Positions 52,289 through 64,000 of a stretch of DNA of 64,000 nt are shown here, piece after piece. Positions within the stretch are counted from its first letter, which is position 1. Every line of letters begins with the position of its first letter. Where the stretch lies: assembly GCA_026770705.1 (NCBI GenBank), contig JANJGN010000021.1:98022001-98086000 (forward strand). Direction: 5' to 3'. This stretch comes from Isurus oxyrinchus. Lineage: Eukaryota. The translations under genes were made by a program, and so were the position numbers. Below the pieces are notes generated by a model that made no database searches, was not told the DNA's origin, and saw only the letters and a program-made list of their open reading frames with translations.

Positions 52289-54049
52289 TGACGAAAAATA
52301 ACTGGCTCAAACTGTCAGGACACTCACGCCCTCGATTCATTCGATATTTTCTAATATATAACTGCGCCGCTAACACAAAAGTCACACAAAATGTTTGTTC
52401 CATCTAATCAGTAACATAGAGCGACAAAGGGTGTGAACTGTTGATGGACATTTTATACTATATTCACGCCATTGTATTACGTTGGACTGATTTTATTATG
52501 TGCATCCGACACCATTCCACCTCAATGTTGCCAAGCAAGTTAAGTTCAAATTGTATCTAGAGGATTAAGTACGAAACGTCTTTTGATGACGCCCACTTCT
52601 GCCTCTATGCCACCGCTCTCGAGGCATCCAATGTTTCTTTGTTAACTGACCGTTCATATTGGTGATCGCCATAACTTTCCGTAGGTAATAATTGGGAAAA
52701 TTTAAGGCCTTATCCACAGCCCTTGCCACGATCTCTTTACTGCATTGTAGTAATTGATGTTTTATTTTATTCTGCAAAAGTTGAGAAAAAAAGTCTATTT
52801 CATGGGTAGGCATGATAACCGTGAGTATTAAAGGATCTGAAGGAGCCGTTGCATCACTCAAATTAATAATGCTAAGTAATTTAATGAGCTTTGACAGAGT
52901 AAAACAACCCACGTAAAGGTTCTTCAGATCGTCATACCCGGCATTAAGCGCATAAAAAATAATTTACAATTTTGGTTAGAAATACAAAAAAGTTCTATAT
53001 ATTCCCTTGCTTTAGTAAAGGACAATGCAAGCCGCGAATTTTGAATCTAGGGGGAAAATAGGTTTTTGTTCACAATGCAATTTTTTCTAGGCTGCAATCG
53101 TAGAATTTGTAAAAAAAAACATTTTCAGGGACCATTTAATCAATACAAGCCTAATATTAAGACCGTCCAGAATTAAGTTTCCACTAAATTGGTGTATTTG
53201 TTCTAAAGTTTAATTCCATGCTGGTTTAATGTGTTTTTATTGATTGGAAAGTAGTTCCTATTATTCATAATTAAATGTGAAGTTAGATTCCGACGACACC
53301 ATTTCAAGAATTCTGTTACCCCCCACCCCCTTCTTTCTGGCACATTTATTAATGATTGGACTTGTGTATTTCTTGTCATGTTACACACAACGCATCGGAA
53401 AATCTATAACTTACTATGATATGAACACTTTGGATAATTTATTCTTTTCTATGATAAGCGCTTGCGGAATCAAATTCATAATGTTTGTTGATGGGGCACA
53501 AATGCCTATTCCCGTTATTAAAAACATTGTTGTTGCGTGCAAACAAATTGTTTTAAAGCACACATTCTGCTCCTATGGCGGATCTGTGTTTCAAATAAGT
53601 GGAACATTCAAAATCAGTAAGCTAAACTACACAAGAGCATAAACCTGGGTTTGCCTCCTCTAACAAATCCTTGATCGGTCGTGGCTTAAATACGTTCATT
53701 TGGAACATTATTAAAGTCAGGAATGGTGTCATAAGGGCCATGTATTGTACATTCGCCTCAGAGTCATCAGTCGAAGGAAATCCGCCGTTCTTACGTGGTT
53801 AGGCCGGCTAAATTTTGTCTGGCCTATTCTCCTGAATTGTTTGGCAGATTTGGCATAAAGAATACGCATGCGTTATTTAATTGATCTATTATACTAAGTA
53901 ATGCGAAGCCGAGTTTTGTGCAAGTTCTGTGCATTTTGACTCGAAGGGCAAGCAGCAGAATAGACAGCAAAACTTCAGAAAAGAGACCAAAGAATATGGG
54001 TTAACGTCAGAAAGCAATCTATGGGAGAAATGCCATGAAACGATGTGTT

Positions 54050-55385
54050 CTTAGATGCGAAGGCAAATGCACATAAATTTATTGAGGGGCTGGCCACACA
54101 TTTTCACAATTCCTTAGATACAGGAGTTTTGCCACTGGACTGGATGACAACAAATGTCACGTGTCTGCCAAAACAAACAAAAGGAAATGCAGCATGACAG
54201 AACTGGCCATTACAGGCCAGTCAGTTCAGTTAGTGTGGTGCGAAAGATCATCACAAAAATAACTGTCGAACTTCTGCACAGTCCACCTCTGGTCATATTT
54301 TTCTTAATCGTCCAACACCTTACACGACCGGATATGACAGGGGTGTATGAATGTTATTGTAGCTGGTGGTGGAAGCATCGCTTCGCTTTGCCTATTACAT
54401 ACTGTTTCCACTTCCTAAAATGCAAGTCGAACTGTGCTGTATCTGCACTAGGATAACAACCCATTTCCAGGTATGCCTGGCACTGCTGCTGTCATCAGCT
54501 TCCGTAGTCTTCATTGAACTGAAGCAGATCAGTTGACTCAATGCAGTGAAGAATATGCTGAGTCATGGCATTGCACATTCTGTGGGATAATCTGAGGTTG
54601 TGCACTTGGAAAAGAAAAATAGCGAAGCTGGATATTATTCAAATGTAGGAAGACTGTGGAAAGATGCTGCACAGAGGGATTTGGAGGTCTTTGTGCATGA
54701 ATAAAGTTAGAATACAAGTTCAACGTGTAATAGAGCAAATGGAATGTTCGACTTTATTTCAAAGGGAATGGAGTACACAAATAGGGGATTCTTCCTAAAA
54801 CTATACAAGGCACGAATTAAACCACACCTAGAATACTGTGAGCATATGTGTTCACATTACCTGAAGAAATATACATTGGCACTAGAAGCAGTCCAGGGAA
54901 TGTTCACTAGATTGACCCAAGTTATGGAGGGATTTTCTTATCAGGAGAGGTTGAATAGGTTGGGCCTGTATTCATTCGAGTTTAGAAGAATGAGAGGGGA
55001 CCTTACTGAAACATGCAATATTCTTAGAGGTCTTGGCATGGTTGATGCTGAGAAATTGTTTCTCCATCTGGTACAGTCTAGGGCAAGGGAGCATAACCTC
55101 AGAGAAAGTGGTCGGCCATTTAAGATCACGATAAGGAGGAACTTATTCTCTCAGAGGGTAGTGAACCTGTGGAATTCTTTGCGCAGAGGGCTGTAGAGGT
55201 TTAGTCGTTAAGTACATTCAAGGTTGAGAGAGATAGTTTTTTAATTCAGTAAGGGAATGATGGTTTATCAGGAAAATGCAGAAATATATAGTTGAAGATT
55301 ACCAGATTAGCCATGATATGATTGAATAGCAGAACAAAGTCGATGTGCCGAATTACCTGCTTCTACTCCTGCGTATTATAGTCTT
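54050..55385 (+). mobile_element. Decayed CR1 LINE (RT fragment and 3' end)
   Basis: ORF 54744-55196 LYKARIKPHLEYCEH..LEAVQGMFTRL..RMRGDLTET..FSQRVVNLWNSL; HYRPVSSVSVVRKI at ~54210. Confidence 0.9.
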
Positions 55386-56599
55386 GCGGCTGAGTACAAT
55401 TCTGCGGCTGTTATGAGCTACAGCGCTTCGTGGGATTCAGTTTTAGTTGCCAGATTGATTCTGATTCGAACCTATTCTGCAAGTTGCCTCCTGCACAGTA
55501 CATAATGGATGGCATGTATAATGCACTGATGAGGCTCAACCACGAGGGTTGTGTGCTTTTGACTCCCTAAAAATATTGTCTTCAAGAGGTAGATTGTGAG
55601 CCGATGACCGGATTGTTTCAAACAATGCCCCCCGCCCTGCAGCCCCACACCCCGTACCCCCCCAACACCCCCTCCCCGCCCCCCCCCCCCCCCGCCCCTT
55701 TCTGTTTTCTCACTACCTGCCATAATCTCAGTTTATCCGGCATTTCCTTGAGTTCTCCGGAACCTTGATCGGTAGTGGTGCTACCCAGCTACTCTTCGTG
55801 ATGGACGTTCGAGTACTCCAACCAGAGTGCATTTGGCAGGCCTGGGTGTTTTGTGATTGCTTCCGCTGTCTAAGTCGATGTCGGGTTCTCCGTCCAGTCA
55901 TGTTACTTTCTGACATATGTTCGGGGTTTGGTACAGCTGTGTGGCCTTCTGAGCAATTTCAGAGGGCAGTTCGGACTCAAATGCATTGCGTTGCCCTTGG
56001 AGTCAGCTGCAGGTCTAACCATGTAAGAATGGCGTATCTCCTTCCACTGATGAATCTGAGGGGAATATATAATACATGGCCCTTATGACACCATTCTGAC
56101 TTTAACCATGGTGGTTTTTTTATAAGTACCACTGAAAATGATCGTCGCTGAATATGAGTCCACTGTAATTTCTACTATCCGACCTTTCTTCATTGAAGTC
56201 CTATGTGGCTGAGCCTGACTAATTCATGTTGGTAATGGAGGCATAGGGTATTGTTGAAGTACTAACTGAGCGTTGCGCATTTTTTAACCAAAGAGTAGGT
56301 GTTCCCGACGTCATAGCGCAACAGGGTGTAGCTGTGACGCAGCATTTGACAAACATTGACATTTTCGTTGTACTAAAGCTTTAGACTTCAGGTGAAAAGG
56401 ATAAGATCCAGCCAAGGAGACTGTGGGAAGTCAGTTTCAACATTGTCAGCTCACTGGCAAAAAATATCCAATCCACACTAGATAGAGATGTACTGTCAGA
56501 AAAACGGAAAATCTGTTTGTAACATTCATGTTGCATGTTGAAAAAAGACGAACATAGGAATAATACCTATACATGCAGTCCAGTGAGTTTTCCTCGGGG

Positions 56600-57480
56600 T
56601 GGGATAAAACTTTAAACTTGCCAATAATTCCAATGTTCACATGAACTTAAGGAAAGTGTTGAAAGTGGCAAGGCAATTTGAAGAAATGGCCAGTAAGGCA
56701 TGCAGGTTCTTGGGCCTTATGAATAGAAACTTGGCTACAAAAAACAAACAAAAACGTAATGGTGAACCGTTATAAATCTCTGGTTATCCAGGGCTGGATT
56801 ATTGTGTCCAGTAATACCCATAGTATTTTAGGAAATATGTAACATAATCAAGGAGGCGCAGAAAAAATAACGTTTGGCAAGGTGACGTATTTCAGGTAAA
56901 TCAACTGTTTGGAGAAGCTTGAGCTGTTCTGCTGGGAGAAAAACATGTGTAGGGGGTTTGCTGCAGTGATCAAAATCAGGAAACCATTGGACAAAATGGA
57001 AAGAAACAAAATCTTTCCACAAGCGGAATTGTTGAGAGGTTGAGGCCAACCATTTAAGGTGTTTTTTTTCTAAGTTCATGTGGGGTGGGCGTCGTAGGCA
57101 AGACAAGCATTTATTGCCCATCGTTAATTGCGCTTGAGAAGGTCGTGGGGAATTGCCCTCTTGAATCGCTGCAGTCCATTTTGTGTAAGTATACCCAAAG
57201 GGTTGTTCGGAAGAAAGTTAGAGCACTTAGACCTAGCGACAGTGAAGGAATGGCATTATATTTCCTAAATAAAACGAACTAATATCGAGATAGGGAAAGC
57301 TGTTTTGTTTCATTCCCAAGTGGGAAGGAAAAGGAATTCGCTGCCTCTGATGCACGGTGCAGGTAGTTTCAATCGGAGTTTTCAAAAGAGGAATTGAATC
57401 TGACGAGGATTAGAGGACTACAGAGAAATGCAGAGTATGTAGGTTGCTTAATTAGATTAGTTTATCTTGCAGAGAGCCAC
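56600..57480 (+). mobile_element. Decayed CR1 3' portion with a nested minus-strand LINE/SINE tail (57062-57270)
   Basis: CR1 remnants on either side of ttcatgtggggtgggcgtcgtaggcaagacaagcatttattgcccatcgttaattgcgcttgagaagg. Confidence 0.7.
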
Positions 57481-58639
57481 TACTGACAGGTCAATTCCAA
57501 TGCGTTCCATGTTAGCTGCGAAAGCTTTATTTTTGTATATATTATCAATCTGACATCGACCACATACATGCCTCTTTTAAATTCTTCTTCATGCTGCACT
57601 ATAACAATTTCGTCATCCAGGCTGCGGCGTTGTTTGTCCGGCCATCAACTTCCTGAAAATATTTTTGGACTGTTACTAACTCCTCTTTAAAGACAGCTCA
57701 ATCCTACATAATATTCCGTCAGCCTGTCTTTGGCATCAGTGGGCCCACGTCCAACCTATGTAATCACGCTTATTTTTCAGCTTTTTTTTTCCGTGTTATT
57801 TTCTTGTTTCCCCGACTGATGCAAACCTTATGACGTCATAATCACTAGCTCATAATTACCCCGCATTAGACATTTTCCATTTAAAACATTCCATTCCAGA
57901 TGAGTAAAACCAACCTGTCGTCCTTTAGTTGGGCAGGAAGAAACTGATTACGATAACTCTGAAGGTAATTCAGAATTATTTCCAACATCTGGGCTTCGAA
58001 AATTCTGTCCATTCAATATTTGTGTGGCTAACGCATTCGATGTTCACAGTTCTTTAACATATTAACATCTCCTTTATATTCTTACTGATGTACTCCATTA
58101 TTGATTTTCATAATTTAATGCCTAACGAAATAAATTCAACTGACGGAACAGGTACACTGATATAAGTTCCGACTTTCATTGTCATCTGCACAGAATGCCA
58201 CTAGCCGAAATGACCTTGATTTATGTTCCGTTGCAAAGAGAGGACATTTTCATTTCTATGTCGAACAAAGCAATATATTGGGACGAGGTAGTAATCAGAA
58301 CATATCTCAATTCGTCTGTTAACATAAATATATCCCACTGTGCAACATCGGGAGAAGGCAAGATTTTCTATAATATCGACATGACAATTATGCACATCAC
58401 AACTACCTTGATTGCTTGCTATTACTACTCCGACGGGATTGTAAAAACGTAAATGTCACCAATGTACGGATTGTCGCCACTTCGGCTGGGGTTGCATTAT
58501 TAGTTCCGAAATAATTTTCATTAGAGGGCATTCTTAGCAATTGCATGTTGGAAGGACAAATGTCTTTGAAGACAAAAAAAGGTATTGCAGTAGATTACAC
58601 ATAACCCGAATCCATTCCTCCATTTTGTACTGTCTGATT

Positions 58640-59230
58640 CAACAATTTACCCCAAATTACCGCTCAATCTTAATTCATTTAGACTCCAAAGGACCACAGC
58701 TTTGAATTCCCCCGGCGACTCATAGGCAGCTGAAAAAGAGAAGTCCGAAGATTCACAGCACTTCGATTGAATGGTTGTCACTTTAGTCCAAATTTGCCGC
58801 CCACTAATCATTGACTCATCTGACAGGGAAGAGAGCCTGGTAGCATATATTTTCAATTCCCTTCAGATTGTAGCGTGCTTAATAAAGATTATCTACCATT
58901 CTTCCAAAAGCCAACTAGGTCTCTCTCTCCCTAGCACTAGCTGCCGATGCAAGAAACCAAGCTGAGAAACATGCCGTGCATGCCCTGTGTGCCATTGCTA
59001 CAGACATCAACATATTATCCAACAATTACTAGATCTCTATGCAATTACTGCCTGACCTCTTCACTGTAAAAACCAGGAAATAAAGGCAAACATAGTTTTT
59101 TTAAAAAAAAAATCGCTCGACTTGCATGATAACGTTTTGTGCTTCCTTACAGGGACACCCAAAACACTCCGAACACCAACATATAATGATTTTGTTATCG
59201 CCAATTGATGATATTCAGTTTTCTAATCTG
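58640..59230 (-). pseudogene. Possible highly degraded third GPCR paralog
   Basis: Minus: ..LGVP|GTAAGG at ~59150, pyrimidine-rich acceptor tttttacag at ~59064, then RSSNC..CL(V)AMA resembling RGKCG..YLVAMA. Confidence 0.3.
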
Positions 59231-60299
59231 AGTCACTGATTTCCATCTCGTTGACTTTCGTCTCAGTTCCTGCTCACTTATTAAATACTCCATACCCTGT
59301 GGCAAACACTTTTAGCCATCCTCTCAGATTCATTTCCCACGTAAATCAGTTTCATTACTACACATGGATATATTACAATTTTTCAATTCATCTAAACCAT
59401 AAAACAGATTACTTTTAGCTCGGCCCCCAACAGTGCATCATGTGGCAAAACACGAATGGCACTTTCGACTTGGAAATGTCCTGTTTATACATGTTTTCTC
59501 TTATTACTCCATGACACAATTTCCTCTCCGTGTCAATATATTACCCAGAAGTCACTGTGGAAAAAGAGGGCGAAAAAGCCTGTAGAGCCGCATTGAAATC
59601 GTTTTGAAAATTCAATGAAATTAATCTAGTAGGATTCAATTTCAGTTACCTTACTTGTTGTTCAGTCAGAAAATCCAAAAGATTTGAAAAACCCTATTTT
59701 CATTTCAGAGAATAAAATATTGGTTCTGCCCAATTGTATTACGAACCCTAAGTTTGCAGTATTCCAATCTATGAATTGGAGACCACGACGACTGATCGCA
59801 ACAGCATTCTTTTTTCTCCTTTCCTACTAACTGGAATGGTTTCCTTACCTTAATACATTGTAATCCATCGGACCACTACAAATTCTAGGGAAATTTGGAA
59901 ATTTACAACAGGTTTATTCGCACTATCTGCAGGAACCCCTTTTAGATCTTTAGGTGTAAGGGTCTTGCCGTCATTCAGTCCGACTAATTTCTCCTGACAG
60001 TTATGACATTAACCTTATCGAGTTACATTTAGCGATGTAAGTTTAAGTAACGATGCAAAAACATAGCGATGCTAAAACATAATAAACATGTCGTAAATTA
60101 TGTTGATTGAAAACCTTTTAAATGACAGGCACATGTTGAACGGGTCCTGTTCCTTTTCGTGGACGGTTATCAAAACAATGTTAAGTTTCCCCTCGTGTTC
60201 AGCTTCCATGCCATTATGCTTTGTATTCAGCCGATCATCCGTCACCATTACTGACAGCTCCATCATGATGCTTTAACATGGTTACCTTCAACTTCCCTC

Positions 60300-61170
60300 C
60301 CGTTTCAGTACTACAAAGGGGCTGTACCCCCCGAAACAGACGAATACACCCCTCAGTTACCCATAACAGCCTCCCCCTTCCCCACTACATCATCGCATGC
60401 AGGTGCGCTTGTGTACTACCCGTTTCCTTTCTCACTGCCAAATGCCCCTAACAATTCTCCCAAGTGAAACAGTAATTTATTTGAAATTCTTTAAATTCAA
60501 TGCGTTGACCTCGCGCTTCACGATGTGCCTTACTCTATAATTTGCGGAACATCTGTTTCCTGATAGATTGCCTGACCTCGAGCATTCGGTTGCCTCTTAT
60601 TTGAATTATCCACCTTACCATTTTCTGCTACTCGTTTCTAGTGGAGGTCAAGACAAAGATCGAGCAAAAACACGTTATAATTCGTCCCAGCGCTCTACAG
60701 CCTTCTGGACTCCACATGGATTTCAATCGCTTTTGATCATAACCAGTGTCATTATTATGTTCTGTTTTACTTTTGCCCTTTCTTTGCATTGCTGGATTGG
60801 TCTTCCTTTTGCTTTTACTTTCACGTTACATTCACATTTATTTTCTTGTGTAGCCATTCCTGCACCATTTGGGCACAAACTTTTTTGTTTCCTTATTGCA
60901 ACATTACCTTTCCCTTTGGCTGTTGCACCATGAAACATTTTATTGATTAACCTCCTCTGCCTTCCAACTTATCTAAGAGCTTCCCTTCTCCTCCCTTTCC
61001 ACCAATAAGTAGCTCTTATGCTTCTATATTTATTCAGTTATGATGAAAGGTCACTCGAACTCAAACGTTTGCTGTGTTTCTGACGAGAGATTTTACTTAA
61101 CTTACTGGGCTTTCCAGGACAGTCTGTACATATTTCGAGGTTGCATCATCGGTCGTATTTTGATTTTGTA
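60300..61170 (+). mobile_element. Decayed Neptune-type PLE (GIY-YIG remnant and pseudo-LTR)
   Basis: SQVKQ*FI..SRCALLY..FAEHL..PDLEHSVASYLNYPP mirrors the young copy; hammerhead relic agttatgatgaaaggtc..aaacgtt at 61036-61074. Confidence 0.75.
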
Positions 61171-64000
61171 ATGATGTATTTATATGGATGTGAGAGTGTC
61201 TCCTTCTTGGCCAATCTGGAGCAAAATTGTTAGAAGCATCACATGAATTAGAAGCATCACATGAAAACACCTAGAATAATGTGTTATTCACCTCACCGCA
61301 TTGCGATTGAATGTTATGTTAGGTCACACAAAGCAATTTAGAAAGACGCATTGGTAGCTATGTTCTATGTAAGTCATTCTTTGCTCTGCCTTGTGTTACT
61401 GAGTGCTAATAAGTTATTTCAATTCATGTACGCGTGCTAGCATCAATCTTGGAATAAAATGAAGAATGATGCGCTAGTTAATTTATTAATGTTAAAGTGA
61501 GACAAAATTCGTGGCAACAAACCCATTTCGCGCATTGTACAAATGTTGTTTCCGGTGTAGGTTTGATGCTGCTCATTCTTTCTCAGACCGTAGAAGCAAA
61601 ATTAACTTGTGGGTGGGGCGGGGTGGGGGGGGGAGAGGGGGAGGAGGTTGTGTGCGGGGTGTGTTGCGGGGGTGGGAGGGAATGGTTCTATGGATTCCGT
61701 GTAAAAAAGAAAGGCAATGTAACTAGTACCGAAAATGCTGTCAGAAAAAAAAGTCAAAGTTTGCGAGCATGTCTTCTTGAAGTTGTGCTTATTATGTTTG
61801 TCATTGAATCTCATTCACAATGGGAAAAAAACATCGTTGTGGGAGACATGACGGGATCACTACTTTACCAATTACAACTATAGTCTCTTTCCTGGCCAGA
61901 GATCCAGTCTCCTGAAGGAAGGGACCCATATTCGCTGCTCCTGCAACGTATGGTAAGTTCAAGCTTACCGTAACCTTGCAGGTTTTCAAAATAGTCTGCG
62001 CATTTCGCGCATCGTGTAAATTGATTCTAAAATTCACCTGTCTGAGACACCAATTTCGGAAACTGTTCAGATGTTTGAAAATCGATAATTCTGACTCCAT
62101 GCTAGCATTGACTATGCCGACATTATCATATTAAGTGACGTCTGAATTCCAACATGAACTCACATGCATTCTCGTCTCTATTTTCAGTGTGCCACAGGTA
62201 TAGGTCCATCCTAATAATTGGTCTGTATGTAGGTCTATGTAAATTGAGAATTCTTCTTCAGCATTCATATTGAAACCAGACTCAAAACCATCATTATATT
62301 TCCCACTTTGTTTCATCTCCCCATTTTTTCCCTTTGTTTTCGCTTTACCCCTCCTCGGCATTTCGTCCCCGTTACCATATTTCATTTTCATTCTTCCCTC
62401 CCAGTAATGTACCACTCTATATCATTATCACAGCGAGTTAACTTCTCAATAATGCTTACACCCCTGCTGTGGTTCTATATTTGGCTTCCACTAAAGTGTG
62501 CTTCTTATCCTTATGTTTCCTACATCCATCCCAGTCCAAGTACTTTTATTACATTCTAAGTACAACGTCCTCCTATATACCCTGAAAACTCTCACATATA
62601 AATTCCCTAATCCATATTTGAGAACAACTTGTTGATTTCAGCCATCAAATTTAGCCTTCCTGAATACATTGCCTCAATCTCAGGCACAATTGCTCCAATC
62701 TACTCAACACAAACTGTTTCCTTTTCCAAATCCGACGTCCTTATGAACGGCCCTGTGGAGTAAAAAAAAAAATCATCATTAGATTACAACTATACTTCGA
62801 AAAGTTCCAGTGCTTAACCCTTGGCCACCCGTTCTCCACGACATTTCTGCTGCTACCTACCTGTATAACAACACTCCAACCTCCGTCCCCCATTGCGTCT
62901 TTTCCGTTCAAACATTACGTTCTCTATCTCTGCACGAGCTCTCTGGAACTCCTCTATCTTTGCTTGCTAAATTCCAAAGTATGTAAACTTCGTTGAAAAT
63001 GGAGGGCAAATACTGTGGTCAGTCATCACCGTATTTGGGTATATCACATAAAGCACGATTGATATGTAAGTTCTATGTACGAAAACTCTTTATTAATCCA
63101 AGTTTCATATCTATCCTCTGAACTGTCCTCTTAAACCACTGTCCTGCGCAATCATCCAATTTCAGGCCCAGCCACAACGCCAAGCAGCATTGCATTCACA
63201 ATGGCCGCGTACCTTTTACTTGAAGTGGGATCAGCAAGCAATAAGATAAACAGCTTTTGTTTCTGATAAATGTAGAAAATTAATGCTGCTGGTATAGTTG
63301 AATGAAGGTCATGCCTGCATTTAGAGAGCAGTTATGTGTTTTTTACTTGTTCACTGTTTATAGCAATAATGCGACTGAAGAGCTGAAGTGTATATTTAAA
63401 TATGGCAACTGAATCATTGGGAATTAATGAAATGTACATTGTTTTACTTCCCTCTGTCACGACTCAATGGAGAAAGTTCACTGTAATATCAAGCCCCGTT
63501 CTCCACTGAGCCAACACAAATGTAAGAAATTTGAGCCATCCACCAGATTGCCCAATTCTACCTTATTCTTTAATTTAGTTTAACAGAATATGAACACCTG
63601 GTTTGTAACCTTAATAAGTAAATGACTGTTGGTTCAACAAACTTCCGTTAACCAGTGGAAAAAAGGAAGAAACATGAACTGCTAACTTCTGAATCTACAG
63701 TTTAAAATCTAACCCTTCTCTAAATCCCTACAAGGCACAAAGGGCAAAGAGATGGGTTTTAAGGGTGGGTCAAAACAGTTCAGTAACACCAATTCCGGAG
63801 AACAGGATTCGATAGGTTGATTTGGATTGATGTCTTCCGAATCCTTTACAGTTCTTGTAGATTACACGAGGTGATCTTACACCACATTTAATATTTAGTT
63901 CACTGGATGAGCACTTATCTTACATTGTCTCTAATAATGATTTTCTCCTTTGCCTCTTGAGAGGGATTTATTAGAGAGAAATCAGGCTATAGAGGTATGA

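Noticed and set aside
21885-61680. G/C-rich runs at ~21890, 41205, 42305, 50980, 55630 and 61610 (G-quadruplex-capable)
   Set aside because: Scattered low-complexity tracts, several inside decayed repeats, with no shared flanks or positional pattern.
1-64000. CRISPR arrays, rRNA, operons or prokaryotic defence systems
   Set aside because: No regularly spaced repeat-spacer units, rRNA motifs or dense coding; the content is spliced pseudogenes and vertebrate-type retroelements.

Overview
This is eukaryotic, repeat-dominated genomic DNA; the repeat families and receptor type suggest a cartilaginous fish (inference, no search run). I found no intact host gene. The window holds a minus-strand array of two-exon GPR139/GPR142-like class A GPCR pseudogenes: two clear (22.1-24.7 kb; 37.7-44.6 kb) and one doubtful relic (~58.6-59.2 kb). 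They sit among decayed CR1, RTE and L2 LINEs, tRNA-derived SINEs and Penelope-like elements (PLEs). The standout is a young Neptune-type PLE insertion at 8262-11232. It forms a ~3 kb palindrome: 1297-bp arms ~99% identical, a 345-bp RT-coding loop, a one-sided 32-bp tail and an 11-14 bp target-site duplication, splitting an older RTE endonuclease. Both arms keep an open GIY-YIG frame and a minimal hammerhead-like motif with a non-canonical core, and the inversion junction creates a chimeric ORF. A ~250-bp non-coding miniature with the same architecture lies at 40571-40821. A ~3 kb LINE at 49230-52288 appears to start with a tRNA-derived SINE head and to share both ends with the local SINE family. 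Boundaries of old repeats are approximate and all alignments were done by eye.
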